The notes: generated from the sequence alone by a model not told the origin. 64,000 bases of DNA from Candidatus Latescibacterota bacterium (GCA_965242865.1 CBDETK010000013.1:2976001-3040000), one strand, 5' to 3'; positions 1 through 11,442 are shown, counted from the first letter of the stretch. Numbers and translations: made by a program.

Positions 1-448
1 CCCGCGTCAGCCCGGAATGGACCTTGCCCGGCTGCATTTGGTAGATATGCGAGTCGCCGCGAAAATTGAAGTAGCCGCCGCCGCCGTGCGGGCCGAAGTT
101 GTCGTGTCCGGCCCGGCGATGGCTGGTATAGGTGTGGTCGTAGCGAAACCCGTAGCACTCTTCGCTGGCCAGCGCTTGGTGCGAGAGCACTTCGTTGAGT
201 ACGCCCACTACCGCCGGGTGGTCGAGCAAAATCTGCGATGGGCCGCCGTGATTGTCGCGCTCGGGCGGCGGCAGGGACTCGCGCTCGTAGAGGAACTTGT
301 GCTGATGGGCGCGAATCGGCCCCAGCTCTTCTGCGCTCAACAGTGCCGGCAAGAGGATAAATCCCTTGAGGTCGAAAACGTACTGCTGGGCCTCGGTCAT
401 CGGGACGACGGCTCGCCCGTCGGCATTGGTCGTGGGCAGCAGTTCCAT
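1..448 (-). CDS. Phytanoyl-CoA dioxygenase (PhyH)-like protein, running off the window start
   Basis: Own translation from ATG at 448: MELLPTTNADGRAVVPMTEAQQYVFDLKGFILLPALLS...LLDHPAVVGVLNEVL. The YxFDLxGF N-terminus is PhyH-like; it starts 3 nt after the upstream stop at 452. Confidence 0.65.
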   Translation of the reverse strand, partial: MELLPTTNADGRAVVPMTEAQQYVFDLKGFILLPALLSAEELGPIRAHQHKFLYERESLPPPERDNHGGPSQILLDHPAVVGVLNEVLSHQALASEECYGFRYDHTYTSHRRAGHDNFGPHGGGGYFNFRGDSHIYQMQPGKVHSGLTR

Positions 449-451
449 ATT

Positions 452-1465
452 TTAGTCCTTCCAGTTGAATACCACGTTGAGCATGGTTTTCTCGCGGCGG
501 TACGCCATTTCGTAGGCTTGGACCATGTCCGAGTAGTGTAGCCGGTGGGTGACCAAGCGGCTCGGCTGGAGCTTGCCGTCCTGCATCAGGGAGAGCACGT
601 GGGCGCAGCGGCTGTCGTTGTCAAAGCGATCGCCATCCGGCAGCGGGAAAAGCGACCCGGCCCGGTCGTTGACCGCGCAGAGCGAAATGCCCTTGAAGTA
701 AAACCAGCGCATGTCCAATGGGTTAAAATTTAGCGGCGCTTCGCCTCGCCCGGGCAAGCTGACGATGGCCACCCGCCCGTTGGGCCGGACCACTTCCAAG
801 GCTGTGCGATACGCCGGCCAAGGGTTGGCCGTCAGGATCACCAAGTCGATTCCTTGGCCGCGAGTGAACTCGTCCAGCTTGGCGGCGAGCGCGGGATCAT
901 CCGACAACAGGGCCTCGTGGGCCCCCATCTGACGCGCCATGTCCAAGCGCACCGGGCTGTTGCCCAACCCCACGACGCGCGCACCAAAAAGCGGGCCTAA
1001 CGCCACCGCGCCTAACCCCAAGACGCCCAACCCCACTACGGCCACGGTCTCGCCGGGCGCGAAAAAAGCCTTGGTGTAGCAATGCATGCTCAAGGCGTAC
1101 AAATGGGCGAAAACCGCGTCTTCGGCCGCAACCCCGTCTGGCACGGGTACGATGCTTTCGCGGTCGCTCGCCACGTACGCCGACTGATGCGGATGCCGCG
1201 ACACCACCCGATCCCCGACTGCGAACTTGGTTACTTTGCGGCCAATCCCTCGCACCACGCCTAGGTTGCTATCGCCCACCCAGCGCGGAAAATCCGGTGC
1301 TCCGGGCACTTGTTCGGCGCCTTCGTAGTTGCCGCGGTCCGTGCCGATCTTGAATCCCGTAATCTCCGTCTCCACCCAAATTTGGTCGTCCGCCAACTGC
1401 TCCGTGGCCAGCGTCTGCTCTTCGATCCGCAAATCGCGCGGACCGTGCAACATGGCAATTTTCAT
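452..1465 (-). CDS. Medium-chain dehydrogenase/reductase (zinc-binding alcohol dehydrogenase family)
   Basis: GroES-like start (LHGPRDLRIEE), Rossmann GLGVLGL, C-terminal LVTHR. The usual catalytic Cys is not evident (GFKIGTD). Confidence 0.85.
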   Translation of the reverse strand: MKIAMLHGPRDLRIEEQTLATEQLADDQIWVETEITGFKIGTDRGNYEGAEQVPGAPDFPRWVGDSNLGVVRGIGRKVTKFAVGDRVVSRHPHQSAYVASDRESIVPVPDGVAAEDAVFAHLYALSMHCYTKAFFAPGETVAVVGLGVLGLGAVALGPLFGARVVGLGNSPVRLDMARQMGAHEALLSDDPALAAKLDEFTRGQGIDLVILTANPWPAYRTALEVVRPNGRVAIVSLPGRGEAPLNFNPLDMRWFYFKGISLCAVNDRAGSLFPLPDGDRFDNDSRCAHVLSLMQDGKLQPSRLVTHRLHYSDMVQAYEMAYRREKTMLNVVFNWKD

Positions 1466-1510
1466 GCGACCCCCCTGTGCGGCTGTCGTGGCCGATTTAG
1501 GCGTGAAGCG

Positions 1511-1990
1511 TCACCCCGCACGGACGCCCCCCATCTTGCAGACCTCCTGCCACTCCTGCTCGGCAACCGGCTGAATCGAAAGCCGCTGACCCCGCTGCAC
1601 CACCTGCATGGCGGCGAGCGCGTGGTTGGCCTTGAGGTCGGCGAGGGGGACGAATCGTTTGAATTCGCGCTTCCACTGCACGTCAAAGGAAAACCAGCGC
1701 GGCTCGTCCTCGGTGGATTTTGCGTCGTAATAGCGGTGCTTGGCGTCAAACTGGCTGGGGTCGGGGTAGCCTGCTCTGGTGATCGTCGCGATGCCGGCGA
1801 CCCCCGGCTCGTCGCAGTTGGAGTGATAAAAAAACGCCCAGTCGCCCGCTTCCATGCGGTCGCGGATGAAATTGCGCGCTTGATAGTTGCGGACACCCCG
1901 CCAATAGCCGGTGCTTTGCGGACGCTGCTTCAGCTCGTCAAAGGAGCACTCGTCGAGCTCGCACTTGACGAGCCAGTACTGTCTGGCCAT
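1511..1990 (-). CDS. EVE domain-containing protein
   Basis: MARQYWLVKCE...WRGVRNYQARNFIRD...FFYHSNC...RLSIQPV. Likely start is ATG at 1990 after a GGAGG RBS. Confidence 0.9.
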   Translation of the reverse strand: MARQYWLVKCELDECSFDELKQRPQSTGYWRGVRNYQARNFIRDRMEAGDWAFFYHSNCDEPGVAGIATITRAGYPDPSQFDAKHRYYDAKSTEDEPRWFSFDVQWKREFKRFVPLADLKANHALAAMQVVQRGQRLSIQPVAEQEWQEVCKMGGVRAG

Positions 1991-2004
1991 GCGCCTCCCT
2001 CGCC

Positions 2005-2706
2005 TCACAAGCTGATTTTGACGACCCAGCCCGAGGTGGCGTCGCAATAGGCCAAATCCTCGCCAAAAATCGACAGCCCATGCGGCTGGGGGTCGCTGTC
2101 CGGGACCTCGATTCGGTCCAACTCGGCCCCGCTCTCCACGTCGAGCTTGACGATCACGCGGTCGGCCGTATGCACCACCCAGATCCCGTCGGCAACCCGC
2201 ACCACGCCGTGCGCCCGCCCGTAGGGCAGGTCCAGCACGTGCTCGACCGACCAGCCAGCGATCTTGACTTTGCTCAGGGTCTGGCTCTTGAGGGTGGTGA
2301 TCCACACGTAGCCCTCTTCAACCGGATCGTACTCCATCCCGTGAACCCCGCCCCCACCGGGCACTGGATAGCGATTGCGGGTCGCGCCGGTGTCTGGGTC
2401 AATCTCGAAGATTTCGCCCTGTCCCGCCTTGGCGTCCGTGGGGCGCTCGGGCCGCCAGAGCGTACCCGCGCCGTTGGCCGCCAACCACAGCGAACCGCCG
2501 CCCCACGCCATGCCGCTGGTGTTGGACGACTCGCTGGGAAGGTCGCGGATCAGGCGGGTGACGCCGTATTCGGACGGCGCGGCGATTTCGACCAGCGCCA
2601 CCCGGTCGGTGATTTGGTCGGTAATCCACAGTCCTTCTTTTACTGATTGCAGCGCATTGGGCACCCCGTAAGGGGCGCGAAAGAGCTTCTCTATGCTCCT
2701 ACTCAT
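2005..2706 (-). CDS. Hypothetical beta-propeller protein (NHL/glutaminyl-cyclase-like repeats)
   Basis: Repeated HG/G-hydrophobic blades (PNAL...GLWIT, TSGMAW, VHGME, AHGVV, PHGLS); overlaps upstream gene by 8 nt. Confidence 0.6.
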   Translation of the reverse strand: MSRSIEKLFRAPYGVPNALQSVKEGLWITDQITDRVALVEIAAPSEYGVTRLIRDLPSESSNTSGMAWGGGSLWLAANGAGTLWRPERPTDAKAGQGEIFEIDPDTGATRNRYPVPGGGGVHGMEYDPVEEGYVWITTLKSQTLSKVKIAGWSVEHVLDLPYGRAHGVVRVADGIWVVHTADRVIVKLDVESGAELDRIEVPDSDPQPHGLSIFGEDLAYCDATSGWVVKISL

Positions 2707-3691
2707 CGTCGTCTCCTAAGTCAGTGTCCCACATCAGCAATACCGCCATTGTCTCGCCCAATCGGTTGTAGAGCAGGTCAAAGGCCGCGGCCGCTTCGGC
2801 GTAGGGAAAGCGGTGGGTGATCATCTTGGCGAACTGAATCTGGTTTGTAGCCAATAACTCTAGCGCCCGGGCCGATCCTCGGGGCCGCAGCCCGGGGTCG
2901 AGATAGCTGCCTACGAGGCGCTTGCCCATGATTTTGCTCGAGTAAAGCGGCAACGGGCTTTCTTCGTACAGCCCCAGCACCTGCAAGAGGCCGCCGCTCT
3001 TGAGCATGTCCTGCGCCTCGGCAAAGGCGCGGGCGCCCGCCCGACCCCCTACGGCCTCAACCACCACGTCGGCCCCGGCCCCGGCCGTCCGCTCCAAAAC
3101 CTGTGCGACCGAGTCGCCGGCGCGGGCGTCGATCACCGCGTCGGCCCCCAACTCGCGCGCCAACTCGCAGCGCAAGGGCAACGCATCGATCGCGAGGACG
3201 CGCCCCACGCCCTGTGCTTTGGCCGCCTGCATGCAGCCGCTGCCGACCAAGCCCTGCCCTTGGATGACCATGACGTCGTCCGAACCGGCCGCGGTCTCCC
3301 ACATCCACAGGACCGAGCTGGTTGCCAACGGCCAGAAGGTGCCCGCCTCGGGCGACAGGCCGGCCGGTAAGCGCACGGCCCTTGGCGGGTGTTGGCTGGC
3401 TGCGACTTCGACCGCTGCGTATTCGGCGTGCGGTGCCAGCGCCGCGACCCAGTCGCCGGTTTTGAACGCTTCGACCGCCGCGCCCACTTCCGCGACCCGC
3501 CCCACCAGCGAGTAACCCATGGCCCGATGGTCTATGGCCTCTTCGCGGACGTAGCGACGCCAAATCTCCGAGCCTCGGCTGATGAGCGAACACTGGGCGC
3601 GAATCAAAATCTCGGTCGGAGCAATCGCTGGAATCTCGACCTCTTCTACCACGATGTTATAGGCCCCTGCGGGCTTGGCGATGCGCTTCAT
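2699..3691 (-). CDS. MDR-family dehydrogenase
   Basis: Start MKRIAKP after AGGAGG; SLISRGSE, MGYSLVG, GQGLVG, ITHRFP motifs. Confidence 0.85.
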   Translation of the reverse strand: MKRIAKPAGAYNIVVEEVEIPAIAPTEILIRAQCSLISRGSEIWRRYVREEAIDHRAMGYSLVGRVAEVGAAVEAFKTGDWVAALAPHAEYAAVEVAASQHPPRAVRLPAGLSPEAGTFWPLATSSVLWMWETAAGSDDVMVIQGQGLVGSGCMQAAKAQGVGRVLAIDALPLRCELARELGADAVIDARAGDSVAQVLERTAGAGADVVVEAVGGRAGARAFAEAQDMLKSGGLLQVLGLYEESPLPLYSSKIMGKRLVGSYLDPGLRPRGSARALELLATNQIQFAKMITHRFPYAEAAAAFDLLYNRLGETMAVLLMWDTDLGDDDE

Positions 3692-3758
3692 ATCCGGCCT
3701 CCTTGAGCGACAATATGGCAAAAACGCGGCGCGGGAACCAATCAAGCGCAGCGCGAAC

Positions 3759-3799
3759 AAAAAACCGGGCGCACCCGCTAAGATGGGATGCGCCCGGCT
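3759..3799 (-). terminator. Intrinsic terminator
   Basis: Minus strand GCCGGGCGCA(T)CCC-loop-GGGTGCGCCCGGT followed by a T run. Confidence 0.8.
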
Positions 3800-4045
3800 G
3801 TACTCTCAGAAGCTGTGCTTCTGACCAGGTAGTCGATCACCTGGAGTTGATCAAGTGATCAACCTCCCTGCGGTACAATTACTACTCAATGGACCACCTC
3901 CTTTCGCTAGTGCGCGCCTCATATCCATACTCCAACTCTGCGCGTCGTTGCGGCCAGTTACAAAGCCGGGCTGGCTCGCTCGCGTAGCCTCGAGCCTCAG
4001 CGTGGCGGCAACAGAGGCTTCACGGCCCCTGAACCCGTCTCGCCC
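3759..4045 (-). ncRNA. Candidate structured small transcript of unknown family, containing a 12-codon ORF (3851-3889)
   Basis: Lies between a sigma70-like promoter and a terminator; at least six hairpins; GAAAGGAGGTGGTCCA precedes TTG. Confidence 0.5.
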
Positions 4046-4048
4046 GTT

Positions 4049-4078
4049 AATATGACGACCACCAAAGAACCGTGTCAA
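4049..4078 (-). promoter_or_regulatory. Sigma70-like promoter
   Basis: TTGACA-18 nt-CATATT just downstream of the metG stop. Confidence 0.55.
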
Positions 4079-4103
4079 CTGATTTTTGTCCCGAGCGACC
4101 GCC

Positions 4104-6038
<1,935 letters not shown>

Positions 6039-6063
6039 TTACAATATCAAGGTGGGGCACACC

Positions 6064-6846
6064 TCAAGGGGGCGAAACGCGCGGCATCAGGAGCGCACGC
6101 TTGCGGGCCAGCGGTAAGCCGGCAAAGGCGCAGGAGTTGCCCCATTGGTCGATGGTGGCCGCGGTTTTGTACTCGTTGATGATGGCGTGGCGAGCACGCG
6201 GGGTGTAGTTGTGGCCGGCGCGGTGGACGACGAGAACGTGAATGATGGCCACGTCGCCCGGCTCGGCCTCCAAGACCACGCACTCGGCCGGGGGGATGTG
6301 CTCGTCGGAGATGGTGTGGCCGGTTTCTAGGGTGGGGTACTCGCCCTTGCGGTGGCTGCCGGGCAGGACTTCGGTGGCGCCGGCTTCAAATCCGCTCGGA
6401 TCGAGGTACGTAATGGCCGCGGCCAAGTCGGGGTCGGTGTGGCGCTCGTAGGGCCAGTCTTGGTGCCAGCTTTGGGTGCAGACAAAGCCGGGGGGTTTGT
6501 TGCGGACCTTGCCGTTGTGGAAATCGAGGTCCGGGCCTAAGAGATCGACCATGACCGAGACGATGCGCGGCTCGGTAAACTGGTCGAACCAGTAGTCGCT
6601 GGCCAACGTCTGGTCCATCATGCCGACGACGTTGTGCGGGTTGAAGGGGTCGGGCGCGTAGCCTTCGGGCGCGTCCATGAAGGAGTAGCGGACGTTCTTG
6701 GGCCGGTTTTCAATATCGACCATCAAGCGGTGAAATTCGCAGCGCATCTGCTCCATCTCGGCCGGGCCATAGAAGCCTTTGAGCAGCAGGTAGCCGTTGT
6801 CGTCGAAAAACTGCTTCTGCTCGGGGTGCAAAATGAGCAAGCTCAT
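6064..6846 (-). CDS. PhyH-family Fe(II)/2-oxoglutarate dioxygenase
   Basis: WHQD, GATEVLPGSH, PGD, HRAGHN motifs. Confidence 0.9.
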   Translation of the reverse strand: MSLLILHPEQKQFFDDNGYLLLKGFYGPAEMEQMRCEFHRLMVDIENRPKNVRYSFMDAPEGYAPDPFNPHNVVGMMDQTLASDYWFDQFTEPRIVSVMVDLLGPDLDFHNGKVRNKPPGFVCTQSWHQDWPYERHTDPDLAAAITYLDPSGFEAGATEVLPGSHRKGEYPTLETGHTISDEHIPPAECVVLEAEPGDVAIIHVLVVHRAGHNYTPRARHAIINEYKTAATIDQWGNSCAFAGLPLARKRALLMPRVSPP

Positions 6847-7997
6847 GGCGTATCGTCCTTTGGGGTTGGGCGGCTGGGCAGGAAGAAGGCCAAGCCGGCG
6901 GTCAATATCGGCAGCAAGGCTAGGTATTTCAAGGTTTCAGCGACGCCGATCTGGTCGCCAAAATGGCCGATTAGCGGCAGCGCGAGGCTGGCCAAGCCCC
7001 AGCTAAAGCCCAGCGGCAAGCTGGAGACCAAGCCCGAGTTTTCCGGCGAAAACTCCTGAGCTAAGGCGACCATAATCGAGTTGGAAGCCATCAACAGACC
7101 GCCGCCCAAAAAGAGCAGGACGTTGCTGGCCAGCATCCCGTCGGCATAGATGAAGGCGTAAAGCGGCGGCACCGAGGCCAGCAGCGACCCCCAGACCAGC
7201 GGTTTTGGATCGACGCGGTCGGCTAGGTAGCCAACCGCGAGTGCGCCGACCACGCCGGCGATATTGTAGATGCCCAAGGGGATGCCGCCGGCCACGAGGC
7301 CGAGGCCGCGCTCCTCGGCCATGAGCGTCAAAAACGTGCCAAAGCCCAGCCCCGACACCGAGCGCAAAACCACGATGGCGGTGATCAGCACGAGGGGACC
7401 GGCCTGCGCGCCGAGGCTGCGCCAGTGGGCCGTGCTTCTGCCGTGGGCGAAGTTTGGGTTGCCGAGCGGCACCGCACGCCAGAGGAGCAAGAGGAACAAC
7501 AGGCCGGGCGCGGAGAGGTACGGCAGGGCGGCCAGCCCAAAGGAGTTGGTGTACGCGGGGGCCCACAGCGGCGTTAGACCCAGCCCCAGCGTACCGCCAA
7601 AGATGAAGAGCGCCAAGCCGAAGGAGCGGCGCGGACCGCTGAGCTCGCCGGCCAGCGAAAAGACTTGGGGATGGAAGGCGGAGATCCCGATCCCCCCCAG
7701 CGCGAGGATGCCGACGAGGGTCAGGTAATCGGGGGCCAGCCCCATGAGCGGGGAGAAAATGGTCGCCAATGCCAAACCCCCGACGATCAGCCAGCGCCAA
7801 GCCATGCGGTCGGCCCACAAGCCCATGAGCGGCTGGCTGATATTGCATATAGAGACGATGGAGCCCAAAAACCCGACCTGCGCCAAGCTCAGCCCCAAAT
7901 TGGCCTTGATCAGGGGCAGGAGCGGGGCCAACATCGTGGCGTAGCTATCGACGCAAAAGTGCGAGAGCGTGATGAGGAACAGGCGAAGTTTTTGCAT
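6843..7997 (-). CDS. MFS transporter (Fsr-like)
   Basis: About 12 hydrophobic segments; HFCVDSY, QPLMGLWADR, SAFHP. Confidence 0.85.
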   Translation of the reverse strand: MQKLRLFLITLSHFCVDSYATMLAPLLPLIKANLGLSLAQVGFLGSIVSICNISQPLMGLWADRMAWRWLIVGGLALATIFSPLMGLAPDYLTLVGILALGGIGISAFHPQVFSLAGELSGPRRSFGLALFIFGGTLGLGLTPLWAPAYTNSFGLAALPYLSAPGLLFLLLLWRAVPLGNPNFAHGRSTAHWRSLGAQAGPLVLITAIVVLRSVSGLGFGTFLTLMAEERGLGLVAGGIPLGIYNIAGVVGALAVGYLADRVDPKPLVWGSLLASVPPLYAFIYADGMLASNVLLFLGGGLLMASNSIMVALAQEFSPENSGLVSSLPLGFSWGLASLALPLIGHFGDQIGVAETLKYLALLPILTAGLAFFLPSRPTPKDDTP

Positions 7998-8006
7998 CCG
8001 CCTAGT

Positions 8007-9224
8007 CTAAGCCGTAACCCCGGCGGCGTCCAGACGGCGGCAGAGGCCCAAGGCGGCGAGCGCACCGAGGGCACTAAGGGCCGCGCCAACATAGAAGGGC
8101 AGGGCGGCATGGAGCTCGAGCAGGTAGCCGCCGATTAGGCTGCCGAGCACCATTGAGCCGCTCCAAGCGAGGTGGCCCAAGCCGACGAGGCGGTTTCTTT
8201 CTTCGGCGGTCGCGACATCGTTGATGAGCCGGGGGATCAGCGTCGAGACAGCCCAAGCCGTCGCCGTGAGGGCGGTGCCGCAGGCAAAGAGGCCGCCGAG
8301 GGAATCGTGCAAAAAGCAAAGGCCCAAGGTGCTGAGGAAGACGGCCGTGGCCGAGCCGATGAGCGGGGCGGTGCGGCCCAAGCGGTCGTTGAGGTAGCCA
8401 ATGCCGAGCTGACACCCAGCGGCCGCGACCAGCGACGCCGCGGCAAAATACGCGGGGAGGGCCTCGCTCTGGCCGACTCGGTAGATCAACAGCGGCAGCG
8501 CCAGCGTCGCCATGCCCCAGAAGGTGGTGATGGTCAGACGCAGGCTGAGTAGGAGGTGAACAGTGCCGCGGCTCAACAGCGGTCGGTAGGCCGCCCACGT
8601 ATTGAGGCGCGCCGTCTGCGCTGCGGTCGGGGCGGGCGCGTCGCTGGGCAACAGCACCAGCGCCAAGGCGATTACCGCGACCATGCCGATGCTCATGGCC
8701 GCGCCGATCTGGGCGAAGGAATAGGCGGTTTTAACCAAGCCGGTACAGAGGCTGCCGAGCGCGTTGCCGAGCGTATTGCTGAGAAAGTAGAGGGCACTGC
8801 CCAACCCGAGTCGAGCGGGGGTGACGGCGGTGATGAGGATGCTCTGCCCGGCGGTGGACCAAGGGCCGCTGGCCGCGCCCATCGCCAAGACCAAGCACGA
8901 GAGCCCCCACGGCTCTGCGGTGCGAAAGACCAAGCCGGTGAGCGCGCTGCCCACGAGGCCGATCATCAGCGTCGGCTTGCGACCCAAGTGATCGCAGAGC
9001 CGACCGGCCACCACGGCAAATATCCCGCTGAGGAGCAGCATCAGCCCGCGCAGGTAGCCGGTAAACCACGGAGGCCGCGCCAAGTCGGCTTCGATATAGA
9101 CGGGAAAGAGGGCTTGGAAGGGAGCGGCGAGGAAGCTATGGAGCAGGTAAATCAAACAAAGCGCGAGGAAGGCGCGGCTGAGCAGCCCACCTCCCTCGCG
9201 CGCAGTCGCGGATGCTGAGGCCAA
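8007..9224 (-). CDS. MFS transporter
   Basis: Motif A (GRLCDHLGRK; GYLNDRLGR) and many transmembrane segments. Confidence 0.85.
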   Translation of the reverse strand: MASASATAREGGGLLSRAFLALCLIYLLHSFLAAPFQALFPVYIEADLARPPWFTGYLRGLMLLLSGIFAVVAGRLCDHLGRKPTLMIGLVGSALTGLVFRTAEPWGLSCLVLAMGAASGPWSTAGQSILITAVTPARLGLGSALYFLSNTLGNALGSLCTGLVKTAYSFAQIGAAMSIGMVAVIALALVLLPSDAPAPTAAQTARLNTWAAYRPLLSRGTVHLLLSLRLTITTFWGMATLALPLLIYRVGQSEALPAYFAAASLVAAAGCQLGIGYLNDRLGRTAPLIGSATAVFLSTLGLCFLHDSLGGLFACGTALTATAWAVSTLIPRLINDVATAEERNRLVGLGHLAWSGSMVLGSLIGGYLLELHAALPFYVGAALSALGALAALGLCRRLDAAGVTA

Positions 9225-9227
9225 GGG

Positions 9228-10187
9228 CTATTTCTTACTGGCCGCGACCGAGTTTTTGAGGACGCCGATCCCGGAGATCTCGATTTCGACTTTGTCGCCC
9301 TTTTTCATAAAGGTGCCGGTGGTCGCGCCGACGCCCGATACAGTGCCGGTGCTGATTAGGTCGCCCGGCTCTAAGGTAATAATCGCCGAGATGTACTCGA
9401 TGATCTTATCCACCGGGTAGAGCATCTGGCCGGTGTTGTTGTGCTGCTTGCGCTTGCCGTTGATGTACGTGCTGATGTCGAGGACTTGCGGATCGGGAAT
9501 GTCGTCGCGGGTGACGATCCACGGTCCCTGCGGGGCAAAGGTGTCGAGCCACTTGCCGTTGAGCCAGTCGAACCACTCGTCGCGCGGGCGGCTGTCGGTG
9601 CGCTTCTTGATGAGCAACTCGCGCTCGGACACATCGTTCATAACGGTGTACCCGGCCACGTATTTGAGCGCGTCCTCGGCTTTGACGCCCTTGGCCTTGC
9701 GACCGATGACTACGGCCAACTCGCCTTCCCAGTCTATCGACTGGGCCACCGGCGGGATCAAAATTTTGTCGCCCGGGCCGATAACCGTGGTTGTCGGCGG
9801 CTTCATAAAGACGCGCGGGGTCTCCTTGTCTTGGGCCTCCATTTTGCCGCCGCCCTCTTCGATGTGGTCTTGGTAGTTGCCGGCCAAGCAGAAGACCTTG
9901 CGCGGGTTGGGCATTGGAGCGCGGAGCCGGACCTTGTCGAGGGCGTGGATGGTCTTGCCGTTGGGTTCCTTACCCTCGGCGGACGCGGCGGCCTGTTTGG
10001 CGGCGCGCAGGCCCTTGGCACCCGCCGAGAGCAGGGCCAGCATATCGGTAAAGAAGGGATGTATTTTGCGCTTTTCTTGGCGGGCCAAGGCGCGGTCGGC
10101 TGCTCTGAGTTCCACGACCACGGAGTCGTCGGCTACGACGGCCCCGACGAATTGTTCGCCAGCAGCAGAGTACGTGACCAGTTTCAC
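9228..10187 (-). CDS. Fumarylacetoacetate hydrolase family protein
   Basis: AGNYQDH, DWEGELAVVIG, NDVSER, PGDLISTGT. Confidence 0.92.
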   Translation of the reverse strand: MKLVTYSAAGEQFVGAVVADDSVVVELRAADRALARQEKRKIHPFFTDMLALLSAGAKGLRAAKQAAASAEGKEPNGKTIHALDKVRLRAPMPNPRKVFCLAGNYQDHIEEGGGKMEAQDKETPRVFMKPPTTTVIGPGDKILIPPVAQSIDWEGELAVVIGRKAKGVKAEDALKYVAGYTVMNDVSERELLIKKRTDSRPRDEWFDWLNGKWLDTFAPQGPWIVTRDDIPDPQVLDISTYINGKRKQHNNTGQMLYPVDKIIEYISAIITLEPGDLISTGTVSGVGATTGTFMKKGDKVEIEISGIGVLKNSVAASKK

Positions 10188-10276
10188 GGTTTCCTCCGTT
10201 GTGAATAAGGGTTTACGCGCCGACCCGATGGCCGGTGCATTGGTAAATGGATCGGGACAATTTATATTGAGTCGTC

Positions 10277-10843
10277 ATGGCAAAAGAATACTTCGTCCAT
10301 CCCAGTGCTTGCGTTGATGAGCCGGTTGCCATTGGCGCGGGGACCTATATATGGCATTTCTGCCACCTAATGCCCGAGGCGCGGCTTGGCCAAAACTGCA
10401 ATCTCGGCCAAAACGTCTATATCGACCGCGGCGTGGTAATCGGCGATGGCTGCAAGATACAGAACAACGTCTCGATCTACAAGGGAGTTACGCTCGAAGA
10501 CGAGGTCTTCTGCGGCCCGTCCATGGTATTCACCAACGTCGTCAATCCCCGCGCCTTTATCGACCGCCGCGGCGAGTTCCAAGAGACTCGGGTGCGAAAG
10601 GGCGCTTCGCTGGGGGCCAACTCGACCATTGTCTGCGGCGTCGAAATCGGCGAGTACGCCCTCGTCGGCGCCGGCGCGGTCGTAACCCGCGACGTGTCGG
10701 CATACTCCCTGATAACTGGTGTGCCGGGGCGACAGACGGGCTGGGCCTGCCGTTGCGGCGTCACGCTGGGCGATGATCTCGTCTGTAGGGAATGTGGCGC
10801 GGGCTACGAGGCGCGAGAAGGGCGGCTGCGGCCGCGAACTTGA
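10277..10843 (+). CDS. Hexapeptide-repeat N-acetyltransferase (WbpD/WlbB-like)
   Basis: IWHFCH...LGQNV...KIQNNVSIY...GPSMVFTNVVNPR; C-terminal CxCG...CxxC. Confidence 0.88.
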   Translation: MAKEYFVHPSACVDEPVAIGAGTYIWHFCHLMPEARLGQNCNLGQNVYIDRGVVIGDGCKIQNNVSIYKGVTLEDEVFCGPSMVFTNVVNPRAFIDRRGEFQETRVRKGASLGANSTIVCGVEIGEYALVGAGAVVTRDVSAYSLITGVPGRQTGWACRCGVTLGDDLVCRECGAGYEAREGRLRPRT

Positions 10844-10920
10844 GGCCGGCCGGTGGTGTCGCCGCGCTTGCCGGCGCCCGAACTAGCAACGCAAGACAAC
10901 GTCTCCAAAAGGAGTTTTTT

Positions 10921-11442
10921 ATGAAACCCGTATCGGAAGTGCTTGAGGCTGCAAAATTCCTAGAAGAGCGCAGGTTCCTGACTGCAAGAATGTTAGCTTT
11001 TTTTCAAAGCAACGAGGAAGACATCCAAGCCCTGTTGTCGAAAATAGAGACGATAAAGATGGACATGGCCGAGCGCGTCAATAATGTCTGTGAGGCTTTG
11101 GACTTACTTGAATCAGAAGGGCAAGGTCGGAAAGCCAGACTTCGCAACTGGACACCAGCGTATCAGCTTTACGACATTTGTGAGATTGAGATCCAGATTG
11201 AAGAATACTTTTACCTTCTTATAAATACCATCCTTACTCCGCAGGGATGGAGATTTAGGGTGTCCGCGAGAAAGCTGTGGAAGCGTCCATCAGAACGGAA
11301 TAATCAACGGGCCATTTCTTGGTACGAAGCACAAGCGGGGCCTCGCACTTTTCCGTATAGGGCTGAGCCCAGTGAAGTCGCCGATCAGTTGCGCCGACTG
11401 GTCGAAAGCGCCCAGACCGATCCTTTCCACCTGCCGGAATAA
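10921..11442 (+). CDS. Hypothetical protein (lower GC, accessory)
   Basis: AAGGAG RBS before ATG at 10921; AT-richer codons than neighbours. Confidence 0.55.
   Translation: MKPVSEVLEAAKFLEERRFLTARMLAFFQSNEEDIQALLSKIETIKMDMAERVNNVCEALDLLESEGQGRKARLRNWTPAYQLYDICEIEIQIEEYFYLLINTILTPQGWRFRVSARKLWKRPSERNNQRAISWYEAQAGPRTFPYRAEPSEVADQLRRLVESAQTDPFHLPE

Noticed and set aside
17-541. Plus-strand 174-aa ORF and the many other long overlapping ORFs (e.g. 7003-7848, 17260-18282, 39509-40858)
   Set aside because: Antisense or alternate-frame shadows of recognisable genes, expected at high GC.
3890-3905. 16S rRNA gene fragment on the plus strand (TGGACCACCTCCTTTC)
   Set aside because: Only 16 nt match and the flanks are not rRNA-like; better read as an extended SD on the minus strand.
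3905-4045. 6S RNA, or a SAM/T-box riboswitch linked to metG
   Set aside because: It lies downstream of metG; I could not find the long 6S rod or SAM/T-box consensus motifs.
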